From the NCBI GenBank assembly GCA_001899335.1, contig MOYE01000004.1, positions 198,264 through 262,263 on the forward strand: a stretch of 64,000 nt of DNA, written 5' to 3'. The notes beneath the pieces were generated by a model. It saw nothing but the letters and a program-made list of their open reading frames with translations. It was not told the origin of the DNA and did not search any database. Below are positions 20,536-29,205 of this stretch, piece after piece (the first letter of the stretch is position 1; each line of letters begins with the position of its first letter). The translations under genes and the position numbers were made by a program. The stretch is from Candidatus Gastranaerophilus phascolarcticola (GTDB lineage Bacteria > Cyanobacteriota > Vampirovibrionia > Gastranaerophilales > Gastranaerophilaceae).

Positions 20536-21124
20536 AAAAAATGTATGTGTGTTTGCATCGTCAAGCAATTTTTTAGAAGAAATTTATTATGAAGAAGTTT
20601 CAGAACTTGGCTGTTTACTGGGTAAATCAAATTTTGACCTTGTATACGGCGGCAGTAATTTAGGTTTGATGTGGGCGTGCGTTTCGGCGGCGAAACACGA
20701 GGGCGCAAAGGTTTATGGTGTTATGCCGGAAAAACTTTTTAATATCCTTGGTGCCGGCGCAAGTGAAATTTGTGATGAACTTCACGTTAGCGAAAATATG
20801 CGTACCAGAAAAGCTAAACTTGATGAAATTTCCGATGCTGTTGTGGCTGTGCCGGGCGGGTTCGGAACTCTAGAGGAACTTTCAGAAATGATTGTTCAAA
20901 AACAACTTGGTTATAACTCAAAACCGATTGTAATTTTTAACGTTAATAATTTCTACGACAAGTTACTTGAATTTTTCGAGCAAATGATGAAAGAAGATTT
21001 TGCCAATGATAATTGTCGTGAATTATATTACGTTGCAACAACACCGCAGGAAGTTGTAGACTATCTCAATTCTTATAAAGCGGTTGAAAGAATTATAGAT
21101 AAGAATTCGATTTATAACAGGTAA
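20528..21124 (+). CDS. LOG-family (TIGR00730) nucleotide phosphoribohydrolase
   Basis: Motifs [10 protein letters not shown] and [11 protein letters not shown] prefer the ATG at 20528 ([13 protein letters not shown]); the track ORF begins at 20513. Confidence 0.85.
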   Translation: MSKKNVCVFASSSNFLEEIYYEEVSELGCLLGKSNFDLVYGGSNLGLMWACVSAAKHEGAKVYGVMPEKLFNILGAGASEICDELHVSENMRTRKAKLDEISDAVVAVPGGFGTLEELSEMIVQKQLGYNSKPIVIFNVNNFYDKLLEFFEQMMKEDFANDNCRELYYVATTPQEVVDYLNSYKAVERIIDKNSIYNR

Positions 21125-21158
21125 TTTTCGTGTTATAATTTACGCAAAAGGAGACATT

Positions 21159-22604
21159 ATGGAGACATTAAGAGATAAGTATGAAGTAGTAATCGGGCTG
21201 GAAGTTCACGCCCAATTAAAAACAAAGTCAAAGATTTTTGCGCCTGACGGCACAGAGTTCGGACAGGAACCTAATACCCAAACTTCACCTATTACGTTAG
21301 GAATGCCGGGTGTTTTACCGGTTCTTAACAAGGAAGTTGTTAATATGGGTATCCTCACAGGTCTTGCGCTTAATTGTGAAATCCCTGAACGATGCAAATT
21401 TGACAGAAAACAATACTTCTACCCTGACCTGCCGAAAGGTTATCAAATTTCTCAATACGATGAACCTATTTGCGTAAACGGTCATTTGGATATTGGCGGA
21501 AAAAGAATTGGTATTACAAGAGCGCATCTTGAAGAAGATGCCGGAAAACTTGTTCACGCAGGCGCTGACGGGCTTGCAGGCTCAAGCTACTCACTTGTTG
21601 ACCTGAACAGAGCCGGAACTCCGCTTTTGGAAATCGTTTCCGAACCGGATATGCGTTCATCTGCTGAAGCGCGTGCTTATATGGAAGAACTTAGAAGCAT
21701 CGTTCGCTACATAGGTGTTTGCGACGGCAACCTTGAAGAAGGTTCAATGAGATGTGATGCTAACATTTCTATTATGCCAAAAGGTTCTAAAACTTTCGGA
21801 ACCCGTGCGGAAATCAAAAACGTTAACAGTTTCTCTGCACTTCAGAGAGCAATCGAATACGAAATCGACCGTCAAATCGAAATCGTTGAAGAGGGTGGCG
21901 AAGTCGTTCAGGAAACACGTCTTTGGGATGACAATTCAAAAGAAACACGTTCAATGAGAGGCAAAGAAGACGCACACGATTACAGATACTTCCCGGAACC
22001 TGACTTGAAACCGCTTGTTATTTCTCGTGAATGGGTCAAAGAAATTCAAGACAAAATGCCTGAACTTCCTGCTCAAAAACGTGCAAGATATCAAAGTCTT
22101 GGTTTGAGCGAATACGATGCAAATGTTGTTGTTGAACAAATGGAACTTGCATTATTCTTTGATAAAGTTCTTGAACTGGGTGCTAACGCAAAAACAGCCG
22201 TAAACTTTATTATGGGCGAAATCGCGGCTTATCTTAAAGAAGAAAAACTTGAATTGCGTGAAACTAAATTGACACCTGAAAACCTTGCTGAATTGATTTC
22301 ATTAATTGAAAAAGGTACAATTTCTAACAACATCGGTAAACAAATTATCATAGAAATGATGCAAACCGGTAAAGCAGCCTCTAAAATTGTTGAAGAAAAA
22401 GGTTTGAGCCAAATCAGCGATGAGGGTGCTATTAAGGAAATTGTTCAAAAGGTTGTAGACGCTAACCCTGCGCAGGTTGAGGCTTACAGAAACGGTAAAA
22501 CTAACTTGCTTGGATTCTTTGTCGGACAAATTATGAAAGAAACCAAAGGACGCGCTAACCCTAAAACAGTTAACGAATTGCTTAGGGGAATTTTAGACAA
22601 ATAA
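21159..22604 (+). CDS. gatB: Asp/Glu-tRNA amidotransferase subunit B
   Basis: 481 aa. The start [13 protein letters not shown], then [10 protein letters not shown] and a C-terminal YqeY-like tail, are typical of GatB. Confidence 0.95.
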   Translation: METLRDKYEVVIGLEVHAQLKTKSKIFAPDGTEFGQEPNTQTSPITLGMPGVLPVLNKEVVNMGILTGLALNCEIPERCKFDRKQYFYPDLPKGYQISQYDEPICVNGHLDIGGKRIGITRAHLEEDAGKLVHAGADGLAGSSYSLVDLNRAGTPLLEIVSEPDMRSSAEARAYMEELRSIVRYIGVCDGNLEEGSMRCDANISIMPKGSKTFGTRAEIKNVNSFSALQRAIEYEIDRQIEIVEEGGEVVQETRLWDDNSKETRSMRGKEDAHDYRYFPEPDLKPLVISREWVKEIQDKMPELPAQKRARYQSLGLSEYDANVVVEQMELALFFDKVLELGANAKTAVNFIMGEIAAYLKEEKLELRETKLTPENLAELISLIEKGTISNNIGKQIIIEMMQTGKAASKIVEEKGLSQISDEGAIKEIVQKVVDANPAQVEAYRNGKTNLLGFFVGQIMKETKGRANPKTVNELLRGILDK

Positions 22605-22614
22605 AAGGAAAAAT

Positions 22615-23673
22615 ATGTTTCTCAGAAGAAAAAAAGATAAAACTTTTATGGAGCGTGAAATTTACGCTCAACCAAAAATTTTAAGTGATATTCTTGACTG
22701 TTACGTAAACGGTGATGAAATTAGATTTGATGTTCCGGATGGAATAGAAAAAGTCGTATTAGTTGCAAGCGGGTCGTCCTATAATTGCGCCCGCTTTAGC
22801 GCTGATCTTTTTGATAAAATCGCAAACATTGAAGCAACCGCTGTTTATTCCAGTGAATTTCTTCTGAAATCCATTATTCCGCATAGCGAAAATTTGTTAT
22901 ACATTTTCATTACGCAATCCGGCGAAACCTCTGATACCAACAAAGCGTTGATGAAAGCCAAGGAAGATAATTTAAAAACTCTTTGTATCACAAATTCCGA
23001 AAATTCTTCAATTTGGAAACTTGCGGATTATCAGATTAATTGTCACGCCGGCGAAGAAAAAAGCATTGCGGCAACAAAATCCTTAACAGCTCAAATGCTT
23101 TGTACAACTTTACTGGTTCTGAAATACGCTCAAATGAAAAATCTTGACGTTTCTTTCTACCTTAAAGACCTTAAAACTTTGCCGTACGCGCTTGAAAATA
23201 CTTTAGCTTTGCGTCACAACATAAAAAAATATGCAAAATTATTGCTTTCATACCACAATATCGTAATCACAGCGGATGGAATTGCATACGCACTTGCCCG
23301 CGAAACCGCTTTAAAAATGAAAGAAACGACTTATTTGAACATAACTTCTTATATTTTGGGCGAGTTTATGCACGGTCACGTCGCAGTTTTGAACACTAAA
23401 TCCGCGCTTATATATATCGCAACAAGTGATTTGAACTACACTTCAACAAAAAATTTGAACAAAATTAAAAAGGATTACAAACCGTTTGTCTTTTTGATTG
23501 GTAACGCGAACGATAAAATTAACGCAAACGTAAACATTAACGTAAGTATCGAAAGCCCGCTTGTTAAATCTTTTGCTGCAGTTGCAATTTCGCAAATGTT
23601 TGCACTTGAAATGGCAGGTCGGCTGAAACATAATGTTGACAAACCGCACGGGTTGGAAAAAGTCGTTCAATAA
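22615..23673 (+). CDS. SIS-domain sugar-phosphate isomerase/aminotransferase-like protein (GlmS isomerase half only)
   Basis: 352 aa. ASGSSYN, TQSGETSDT, EKSIAATKSLTAQ and GEFMHGHVAV mirror the two SIS domains of GlmS. There is no glutaminase domain. Confidence 0.8.
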   Translation: MFLRRKKDKTFMEREIYAQPKILSDILDCYVNGDEIRFDVPDGIEKVVLVASGSSYNCARFSADLFDKIANIEATAVYSSEFLLKSIIPHSENLLYIFITQSGETSDTNKALMKAKEDNLKTLCITNSENSSIWKLADYQINCHAGEEKSIAATKSLTAQMLCTTLLVLKYAQMKNLDVSFYLKDLKTLPYALENTLALRHNIKKYAKLLLSYHNIVITADGIAYALARETALKMKETTYLNITSYILGEFMHGHVAVLNTKSALIYIATSDLNYTSTKNLNKIKKDYKPFVFLIGNANDKINANVNINVSIESPLVKSFAAVAISQMFALEMAGRLKHNVDKPHGLEKVVQ

Positions 23674-23713
23674 ACTTAATATTTAGGCAAATTTTTCTAT
23701 TTAGCGTAATTAT

Positions 23714-24103
23714 ATGAGAAGTAACTACTTAATAGGAAAAATTTCTATGAATATACAAATGACCTCGTTGAATTTTGGCAACTCAAACACTTTTAAATAC
23801 TGGACCCCTCTTCAAGACGAAGAAGGTTATAAAGTTATGCGAAATGGAGACAACAAAGTCTACAGAATTGAACATAACCCAAAACGACACGCGCCAAATA
23901 CATTGTTAATAAGAACGATTGACAAAGATCACAAAGTTAAAGGTAAAATAACCAGTTTTCGCGTCGAATTTAATGATATGAGAGAAGTTGGTGAAGCATA
24001 TAAGAAAATTGTTCGTTTGTCAGGGTTCGAAAAATTACTTGAAATTACCAAATTACTAGATTTGCAAACCTGGAAAAATCAGCATAAATATAGAATTAAA
24101 TAA
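23714..24103 (+). CDS. hypothetical protein (up to 129 aa)
   Basis: ORF only. The start may be an internal Met (MNIQMTS). Convergent with a small XRE gene. Confidence 0.45.
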   Translation: MRSNYLIGKISMNIQMTSLNFGNSNTFKYWTPLQDEEGYKVMRNGDNKVYRIEHNPKRHAPNTLLIRTIDKDHKVKGKITSFRVEFNDMREVGEAYKKIVRLSGFEKLLEITKLLDLQTWKNQHKYRIK

Positions 24104-24107
24104 AAAG

Positions 24108-24335
24108 TTAATCTTCAATATCTGCAATCAGTTTTTCTATAGTTATATTTAATGCATTCGCAAGTTTGTAGACAATATAAATACTTGGCGTTACTCTGCA
24201 ATGTTCAATTTTAACAATATGTTTATCTGAAATGTCCGCAAGTTCGGCAATTTTTTCCTGGGTTAACGATTTTTTCGCCCGCTCAATCCGTAGATTGTAA
24301 GCAAGATTTTTCCTGAGAGTTTCTTCTGTTTTCAT
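24108..24335 (-). CDS. XRE-family helix-turn-helix transcriptional regulator
   Basis: 75 aa. NLRIERAKKSLTQEKIAELADISDKHIVKIE is a Cro/CI-type HTH. Confidence 0.8.
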   Translation of the reverse strand: MKTEETLRKNLAYNLRIERAKKSLTQEKIAELADISDKHIVKIEHCRVTPSIYIVYKLANALNITIEKLIADIED

Positions 24336-24390
24336 TCAATTATTATAACCTTGCAATATTCCAATACCAGCTCCGATTGTTTAAAAATAG

Positions 24391-24419
24391 TTGCTTTTTG
24401 TAGTGGAATAGTATATAAT
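24391..24419 (+). promoter_or_regulatory. putative sigma-70-type promoter (TTGCTT, 17 nt spacer, TATAAT)
   Basis: -35 TTGCTT at 24391-24396 and -10 TATAAT at 24414-24419, facing away from the XRE gene. Confidence 0.45.
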
Positions 24420-24425
24420 AATTAA

Positions 24426-24540
24426 GAAAATCTTAATAACTAGGTATATCTTTTTTAACTTAACCTGACTATGTTAATCATAGTGTTTCACACCACATGG
24501 ACATGTGCCGCCGTCAAAACTCAGACGGCGTTTATTTTTT
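24426..24540 (+). ncRNA. candidate orphan small RNA (promoter-to-terminator unit)
   Basis: About 115 nt between the promoter above and an intrinsic terminator (stem CGCCGTC/GACGGCG at 24509-24530, then TTTATTTTTT). It contains only a 28-codon ORF with no Shine-Dalgarno sequence. Confidence 0.3.
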
Positions 24541-24553
24541 ATACGCAGGACGG

Positions 24554-25945
24554 CTAAAAAATTGAGGTGCTGAACTTTATCGCGTCCATAAGTTTTTTTA
24601 CACGGACAATTTCGATTTTGTTATTTTTAACATTATTGGCAAAAGGTATGATAGCTTTTTTAAATCCTGACGCAACGGCTTCGTTCAAACGTTTCTCAAT
24701 ATTATCAACAGGGTGGATTTCACCTGATAAACCGATTTCGCCGATTATTACAGTCTGGCTGTCAACAACAATGTCGTTTGCGCAGGTCGCAATCGCAAGC
24801 GCTATCCCTAAATCCGCACTCGGTTCGTCAACTTCAATTCCGCCCATTACGTTTACATAAACATCTTGTTTCGACAAGTTTAAACCCACACGTTTTTCCA
24901 AAACCGCAAGGATTTGATGTAAACGGCTTAAATCGACTCCGTTTGTAACCCTGCGCGGGCTAGGATATGAAGTGGTTCCGACAAGCGCCTGAATTTCTAC
25001 CAGCAAAGGACGGGTTCCTTCGTTGGTTACAATAATCGCGCTGCCAGGCGTTGAAATCTGTGAACGCTCATTTAAGAAAAGTTCGTTAGGATTTTTGACT
25101 TCTTTTAAACCCAGTGAGTGCATCTCAAAAATACCGACTTCAGATGTGTTGCCAAAACGGTTTTTGATAGAACGCAAAATTCGGTATGACTTATACCTGT
25201 CACCTTCAAAATAAATCACAGTGTCGACCATGTGCTCTAAAACCTTCGGTCCTGCAATGTTTCCGTCCTTTGTAACGTGACCGACGATTACAACCGTAAT
25301 CCCTTTGGTTTTTGCAATATACATTAATAAATTACAGCATTCCCGGATTTGCGAAACGCTCCCGATTGAGCCGGAAATGTTTTGTGAGTAAATCGCCTGA
25401 ATACTATCCACCATAATAAAATCAGGTTTAACCTCATCAATTTCCGCCTTAATTTTTTCCATTAAGGTTTGAGGGTAAATAAACAGATTTTCGTTGTTGA
25501 TTTCCAGCCTTTGGGCACGAAGTTTTAATTGCGATGCGCTTTCTTCAGCAGAAACATACAAAATCTTTTTGCCGGACTTGCAAAGTTCTCCGCTAGTTTG
25601 CAGAAGAATTGTAGATTTGCCAATCCCCGGATCGCCAGCCAGCAGTACAAGCGAACCTTTTACAAATCCGCCGCCCAAAATCCGGTCAAATTCCGAAATA
25701 TTAGTACTTATTCTGACTTCCTGCCCGAGTTCAATATCATTAAGCGGAATGGATTTTTCTTTGTTGATAAATTCATCCGCAATACAATTATTCATTTCTT
25801 TCAACGGTGCGGAAACTTCTTCCTGAAAAGTTCCCCATTGCAAACACTCCGGACACTTTCCAAGGTATCCGGCTGTTTCGTATCCGCAATTTTGACAAAC
25901 CCATTTTGACTTAACCTTTACCATTGATTTTATCCCTAAAACCAC
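24554..25945 (-). CDS. radA: DNA repair protein RadA/Sms
   Basis: 463 aa. Zinc finger CQNCGYE...CPEC, Walker A GDPGIGKST, the KNRFG motif and a Lon-like C-terminal domain. Confidence 0.95.
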   Translation of the reverse strand: MVLGIKSMVKVKSKWVCQNCGYETAGYLGKCPECLQWGTFQEEVSAPLKEMNNCIADEFINKEKSIPLNDIELGQEVRISTNISEFDRILGGGFVKGSLVLLAGDPGIGKSTILLQTSGELCKSGKKILYVSAEESASQLKLRAQRLEINNENLFIYPQTLMEKIKAEIDEVKPDFIMVDSIQAIYSQNISGSIGSVSQIRECCNLLMYIAKTKGITVVIVGHVTKDGNIAGPKVLEHMVDTVIYFEGDRYKSYRILRSIKNRFGNTSEVGIFEMHSLGLKEVKNPNELFLNERSQISTPGSAIIVTNEGTRPLLVEIQALVGTTSYPSPRRVTNGVDLSRLHQILAVLEKRVGLNLSKQDVYVNVMGGIEVDEPSADLGIALAIATCANDIVVDSQTVIIGEIGLSGEIHPVDNIEKRLNEAVASGFKKAIIPFANNVKNNKIEIVRVKKLMDAIKFSTSIF

Positions 25946-26733
25946 TTACAAGAGTTGTCTTTGCATAAAATATCTTCAAGGTCGGTCATCAATGCGTAGT
26001 TTGTCATTTCGTAGGTCACAGGCGTAATCGAAATTTTATTATCCCGAACCGCGGCAATATCTGTATTTGAATTTGTCGGCTCGCTGATTAATTCACCTGC
26101 CATCCAGTAATAAACTTTGCCTCTTGGGTCAACGCGTTTTTCATAGTTGTCGGTAAACATTTTCTTACCGAGTTTTGTAATCGCGATTCCGCCAATATCG
26201 TCTTCGTCAACAGACGGAACGTTAATATTCAAAATACTTTTGTGCGGAAACTCAAACTCTTTCAACTTTTTATCAACAAAAGCTGCAATAAATTTTGCCG
26301 CATATTTGAAATCTTCATATTCACAGTGCATGCTTGCAAGTGACATTGCAATACTTGGAACCCCAAGCATTGCGCCCTCCATAGCGCAACTTACTGTTCC
26401 GGAATAGAGAATATCAGAACCCAAATTTGGACCGTGGTTTATACCGGAGATTACCAAATCCGGCTGCTCATCAGGACCAAGAACAGCGTTAATCGCGATT
26501 TTTACGCAATCACCAGGGGTCCCTGTAGTAACCCAAGTCGCAGTTGATTTATATGCAGGTTCGTCCAGCTTTTCTACCCTTAAAGGTGTGTGCAGCGTAA
26601 GTGAATGACCCGCTGCGCTTCGTTCTCTGTCAGGGGCAACAATGTATACTTCGTGGTTCTCTGATAATGCCTCGGATAACGCTCGAATACCATTAGATGC
26701 AATACCGTCGTCATTGGAAAGTAATATTCTCAT
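25936..26733 (-). CDS. surE: 5'/3'-nucleotidase SurE
   Basis: 265 aa. MRILLSNDDGI and SGINHGPNLG motifs. Confidence 0.92.
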   Translation of the reverse strand: MRILLSNDDGIASNGIRALSEALSENHEVYIVAPDRERSAAGHSLTLHTPLRVEKLDEPAYKSTATWVTTGTPGDCVKIAINAVLGPDEQPDLVISGINHGPNLGSDILYSGTVSCAMEGAMLGVPSIAMSLASMHCEYEDFKYAAKFIAAFVDKKLKEFEFPHKSILNINVPSVDEDDIGGIAITKLGKKMFTDNYEKRVDPRGKVYYWMAGELISEPTNSNTDIAAVRDNKISITPVTYEMTNYALMTDLEDILCKDNSCKWF

Positions 26734-26988
26734 AATTCTCCTTTAAATAAACTGTCTATTACCATTTTAACTCTTTTTTGAACGTTTGAAAAGGGCGCGA
26801 AAAACATTATTAACTTTTGTAACATTTTATAAGATTTATTGCTTGAATATATCAATTTTATATAAAAGAAATACTTTATATAAGTAACACGAGGAAAACG
26901 CTTAAAACGAGGATACAAAGCGATTTTAAGCAAACTACACACTTCACACTATTGTTCGGAATGAAAAAATTTTAAACAAACATTCCAG

Positions 26989-27018
26989 GCGCTTCGGAAA
27001 CGGGGCGCTTTATTTTTT
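26989..27018. terminator. hairpin terminator abutting the LuxR-type gene stop (possibly bidirectional)
   Basis: GCGCTTCG-GAAA-CGGGGCGC (GNRA loop) followed by TTTATTTTTT on the plus strand. The LuxR-type gene stop codon is at 27010-27012. Confidence 0.6.
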
Positions 27019-27288
27019 GTATAGAATGAGTGAGTTTATAGCTGTGTTTAATTGTGAGTCAGAGATATTATTTTCCAGGATAATAGCGAAGAGCTTGGAT
27101 ATGAGTTCAATTCTGCGTTTGGTACCGGTTTTAGTAAAAATATTTTTGAGATGAGCTTTGACAGTGTGTTCGGTGATGAAAAGTGAATCAGCGATTTGTT
27201 TTGTGGATTTTCCTTTAAGCGTTTCGCGTGTAACGTTCAGTTCCCGTGGTGTGAGTTCAAAGTTTTGTTTATTCATAAATGCCTCCAA
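27010..27288 (-). CDS. LuxR/GerE-family helix-turn-helix protein (stand-alone DNA-binding domain)
   Basis: 92 aa. LTPRELNVTRETLKGKSTKQIADSLFITEHTVKAHLKNIFTKTG. Confidence 0.8.
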   Translation of the reverse strand: MEAFMNKQNFELTPRELNVTRETLKGKSTKQIADSLFITEHTVKAHLKNIFTKTGTKRRIELISKLFAIILENNISDSQLNTAINSLILYKK

Positions 27289-27405
27289 CTATCTTATATA
27301 TTATAAGAATAACATAGATTTTGTGAAAAACATTAATAATATTTCCGAAGTTTGCGAAAGTAAAAATTTTTACAAAAAGTAATAAAAGAAAAATAGAAAA
27401 AGGGG

Positions 27406-27433
27406 TTTACAAAAAAAAATCAGCATGTAGAAT
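27406..27433 (+). promoter_or_regulatory. putative promoter of tRNA-Ala (TTTACA, 16 nt spacer, TAGAAT)
   Basis: -35 at 27406-27411 and -10 at 27428-27433, about 40 nt upstream of the tRNA. Confidence 0.5.
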
Positions 27434-27473
27434 ATTGAATGTAGCCGAGATTGATTGGTTGCGACCCAAAGGT

Positions 27474-27546
27474 GGGGGATTAGCTCAATTGGTAGAGCAC
27501 CTGCTTTGCACGCAGGGGGTTAGGAGTTCGAGTCTCCTATTCTCCA
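27474..27546 (+). tRNA. tRNA-Ala (anticodon TGC)
   Basis: 73 nt, hand-folded. Acceptor GGGGGAT/ATTCTCC includes the G3:U70 alanine identity pair. D-loop AGCTCAATTGGTAGAGC, anticodon loop CTTTGCAC and T-arm AGGAGTTCGAGTCTCCT. CCA is not encoded. Confidence 0.9.
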
Positions 27547-27552
27547 AAAAAG

Positions 27553-27579
27553 AGGATGGTAGTAATACCATCCTTTTTT
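27553..27579 (+). terminator. intrinsic terminator after tRNA-Ala
   Basis: AGGATGGTA-GTAA-TACCATCCT is a perfect 9-bp stem followed by TTTTT. Confidence 0.85.
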
Positions 27580-27645
27580 ATATATCAGGATGTTTTTAGC
27601 ATAACTTTTTACATAAAATATCGAAATTTGGCATTCAAGTTGGAA

Positions 27646-28398
27646 TTAGTATGGTAAAACTCTTACTACTTTATACGGAATTTTATTTTTTATCAAAAAT
27701 TCGCCCCATTCAATTTGCTCGGGTTTTATGATTTCATTCTTTCGTTTGACTTCAACAAAAATCATTTCCTTATTATTCCACACGATATAATCTGGTGTTC
27801 CGACGGGATTCAGATTATAATCATCTAGCGTATGTTTTAGAATTTTACAAAAAGTTTTATTATTGACTTTTGCTAAAAATTCTTGCACAATGGGCGATTT
27901 AAAATATTTTGTTGGATTTTTATAGCCTTCTATTTCCCACTCATCAAGCCAGCGAATATATGAACCATGCTCGTGCTTTGTAAGTTGGGTGTTGATAAAT
28001 TCTTGAATATTAGATTTCTTAATTAAATTTAATTTTTGATTTAATTCTTCTGAAGTAACATTTTTGTTTTCAATATCAAAAAATTTGATTTCTGATTTGT
28101 GATTCAATGTTTGAGGATATAATTCATCAAGAAAGCTAAGAGCAAAGACCCCTTTCCAGAAAGAATATTCCGTACGCATTACTTGATAACCTTCATTTTT
28201 ATAATGCTCTCTAACAACCTGTTCAGTTGAACATTTTTCTCCATTTGAACAATAAAAATAATTTTTACCAAGTTCTCCTGTTTTCGGTGCAGGAATTGTG
28301 ATTGTATTTTTAGTAATTTTTTTGGACAAAACTTGTTTTGCTAATACGTATTGAGCAAAACATATTAAGATTAAAATTGTTACTAAAAACTTTTTCAT
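27646..28398 (-). CDS. VRR-NUC (PD-(D/E)XK) nuclease-domain protein with N-terminal signal-like peptide, FAN1-like
   Basis: 250 aa. C-terminal GTPDYIVW...IFVEVKRKNE...QIEW matches the VRR-NUC D..ExK..Q pattern. N-terminal MKKFLVTILILICFAQYVLA looks like a signal peptide. Confidence 0.6.
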   Translation of the reverse strand: MKKFLVTILILICFAQYVLAKQVLSKKITKNTITIPAPKTGELGKNYFYCSNGEKCSTEQVVREHYKNEGYQVMRTEYSFWKGVFALSFLDELYPQTLNHKSEIKFFDIENKNVTSEELNQKLNLIKKSNIQEFINTQLTKHEHGSYIRWLDEWEIEGYKNPTKYFKSPIVQEFLAKVNNKTFCKILKHTLDDYNLNPVGTPDYIVWNNKEMIFVEVKRKNEIIKPEQIEWGEFLIKNKIPYKVVRVLPY

Positions 28399-28414
28399 AA
28401 ATTTATTATATCAG

Positions 28415-28642
28415 CTAAGCTACATTTAAATCAATTTCTTCAACATAACATCTGCAGTTGGGGTGAAGGTCATCCGGAATTTCTTCCATATGTTCAAAAA
28501 TTTTTCCTTCCATAGCATCACATTCTCTACAGACTTTACCATCATCCATTGTGTGCCAAACAAAAATTTGACCTTGATTTTCGTAAGCAAGTTCACCATT
28601 TGTTGGTATGCCAATTTTATTTAGTTGTTCGTGAATACGTTT
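28415..28642 (-). pseudogene. fragment of a phage head-morphogenesis protein (Mu gpF / SPP1 gp7 family C-terminus)
   Basis: An open frame without a start, missed by the track frame. It reads ...GIPTNGELAYENQGQIFVWHTMDDGKVCRECDAMEGKIFEHMEEIPDDLHPNCRCYVEEIDLNVA*. The W..DD.VC..C...G......P.HPNCRC pattern is the Mu-F signature. An upstream in-frame TAA lies at 28643-28645. Confidence 0.55.
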
Positions 28643-28732
28643 TTATATATTGTGTTGAAATGAGACGCAACATGGCTAAAGCATTGATTTTACTTTGATA
28701 CAGAGTTAAATTATAAATGACAATTTAATATT

Positions 28733-28762
28733 AGGTCAGGAGTTCGAATCTCCTAACCTATA
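28733..28762 (+). other. orphan tRNA 3' fragment (T-arm plus acceptor strand), possible att-site remnant
   Basis: AGGTCAGGAGTTCGAATCTCCTAACCTATA contains the T-stem/loop AGGAG-TTCGAAT-CTCCT. No matching 5' acceptor strand lies upstream, and the acceptor differs from the nearby tRNA-Ala. Confidence 0.55.
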
Positions 28763-28864
28763 GTATAAAATACTTGTCCATATAGTTTTTCGCGTAGTTT
28801 GAAATTATTTTGTATCAGGGATTTTGACGTATTAGTCGGAAGTTTTTGGAAAATTTAGCAAAAA

Positions 28865-28892
28865 TTTAAACGGCATTTAAATGCCGTTTAAA
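28865..28892 (-). terminator. perfect 28-nt palindrome, likely terminator of a decayed minus-strand gene
   Basis: TTTAAACGGCATTTAAATGCCGTTTAAA, followed by a T-rich stretch on the minus strand. It lies 25 nt past the stop of the fragment at 28917-29105. Confidence 0.5.
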
Positions 28893-28916
28893 AGGTGTTT
28901 TATCAGTGTTCAAAAA

Positions 28917-29105
28917 TTACATTCTTTTAATAAACGAATTTGATATTCCAAAATGATTAAAATTCAATTGCAATTCAAAATAAAAATTGAATTCCAAAAA
29001 AATGTCATCTTTGAAGTTCCATGAATATTTATTTAGCTGAGTTTGGCGATAAATTTCAAATGCCTCTTTAATCTCTTTTGCAAACTTTTTCCTAAATATT
29101 AAATA
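28917..29105 (-). pseudogene. headless C-terminal gene fragment of unknown family
   Basis: 62 codons, open between TAA stops and with no start codon: YLIFRKKFAKEIKEAFEIYRQTQLNKYSWNFKDDIFLEFNFYFELQLNFNHFGISNSFIKRM*. Confidence 0.3.
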
Positions 29106-29205
29106 TTATAGAAATTACAGAATAATACCATTTTTGAAATACTGTTGTGACAAAATAATAGATATAATAATTTTGTAATATAATAGAAAACAAGGGTAAG
29201 TAGTA

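Noticed and set aside
26730-26942. A 70-aa minus-strand ORF upstream of surE.
   Set aside because: It lies in an AT-rich intergenic/promoter region, has no ribosome-binding site and gives an implausible, Lys/Phe/Ile-rich translation.
28681-28766. Whether the tRNA-like sequence is a complete second tRNA gene.
   Set aside because: Only the T-arm and the 3' acceptor strand are present. No complementary 5' acceptor strand (ATAGGTT), D-arm or anticodon arm can be folded from the upstream sequence.
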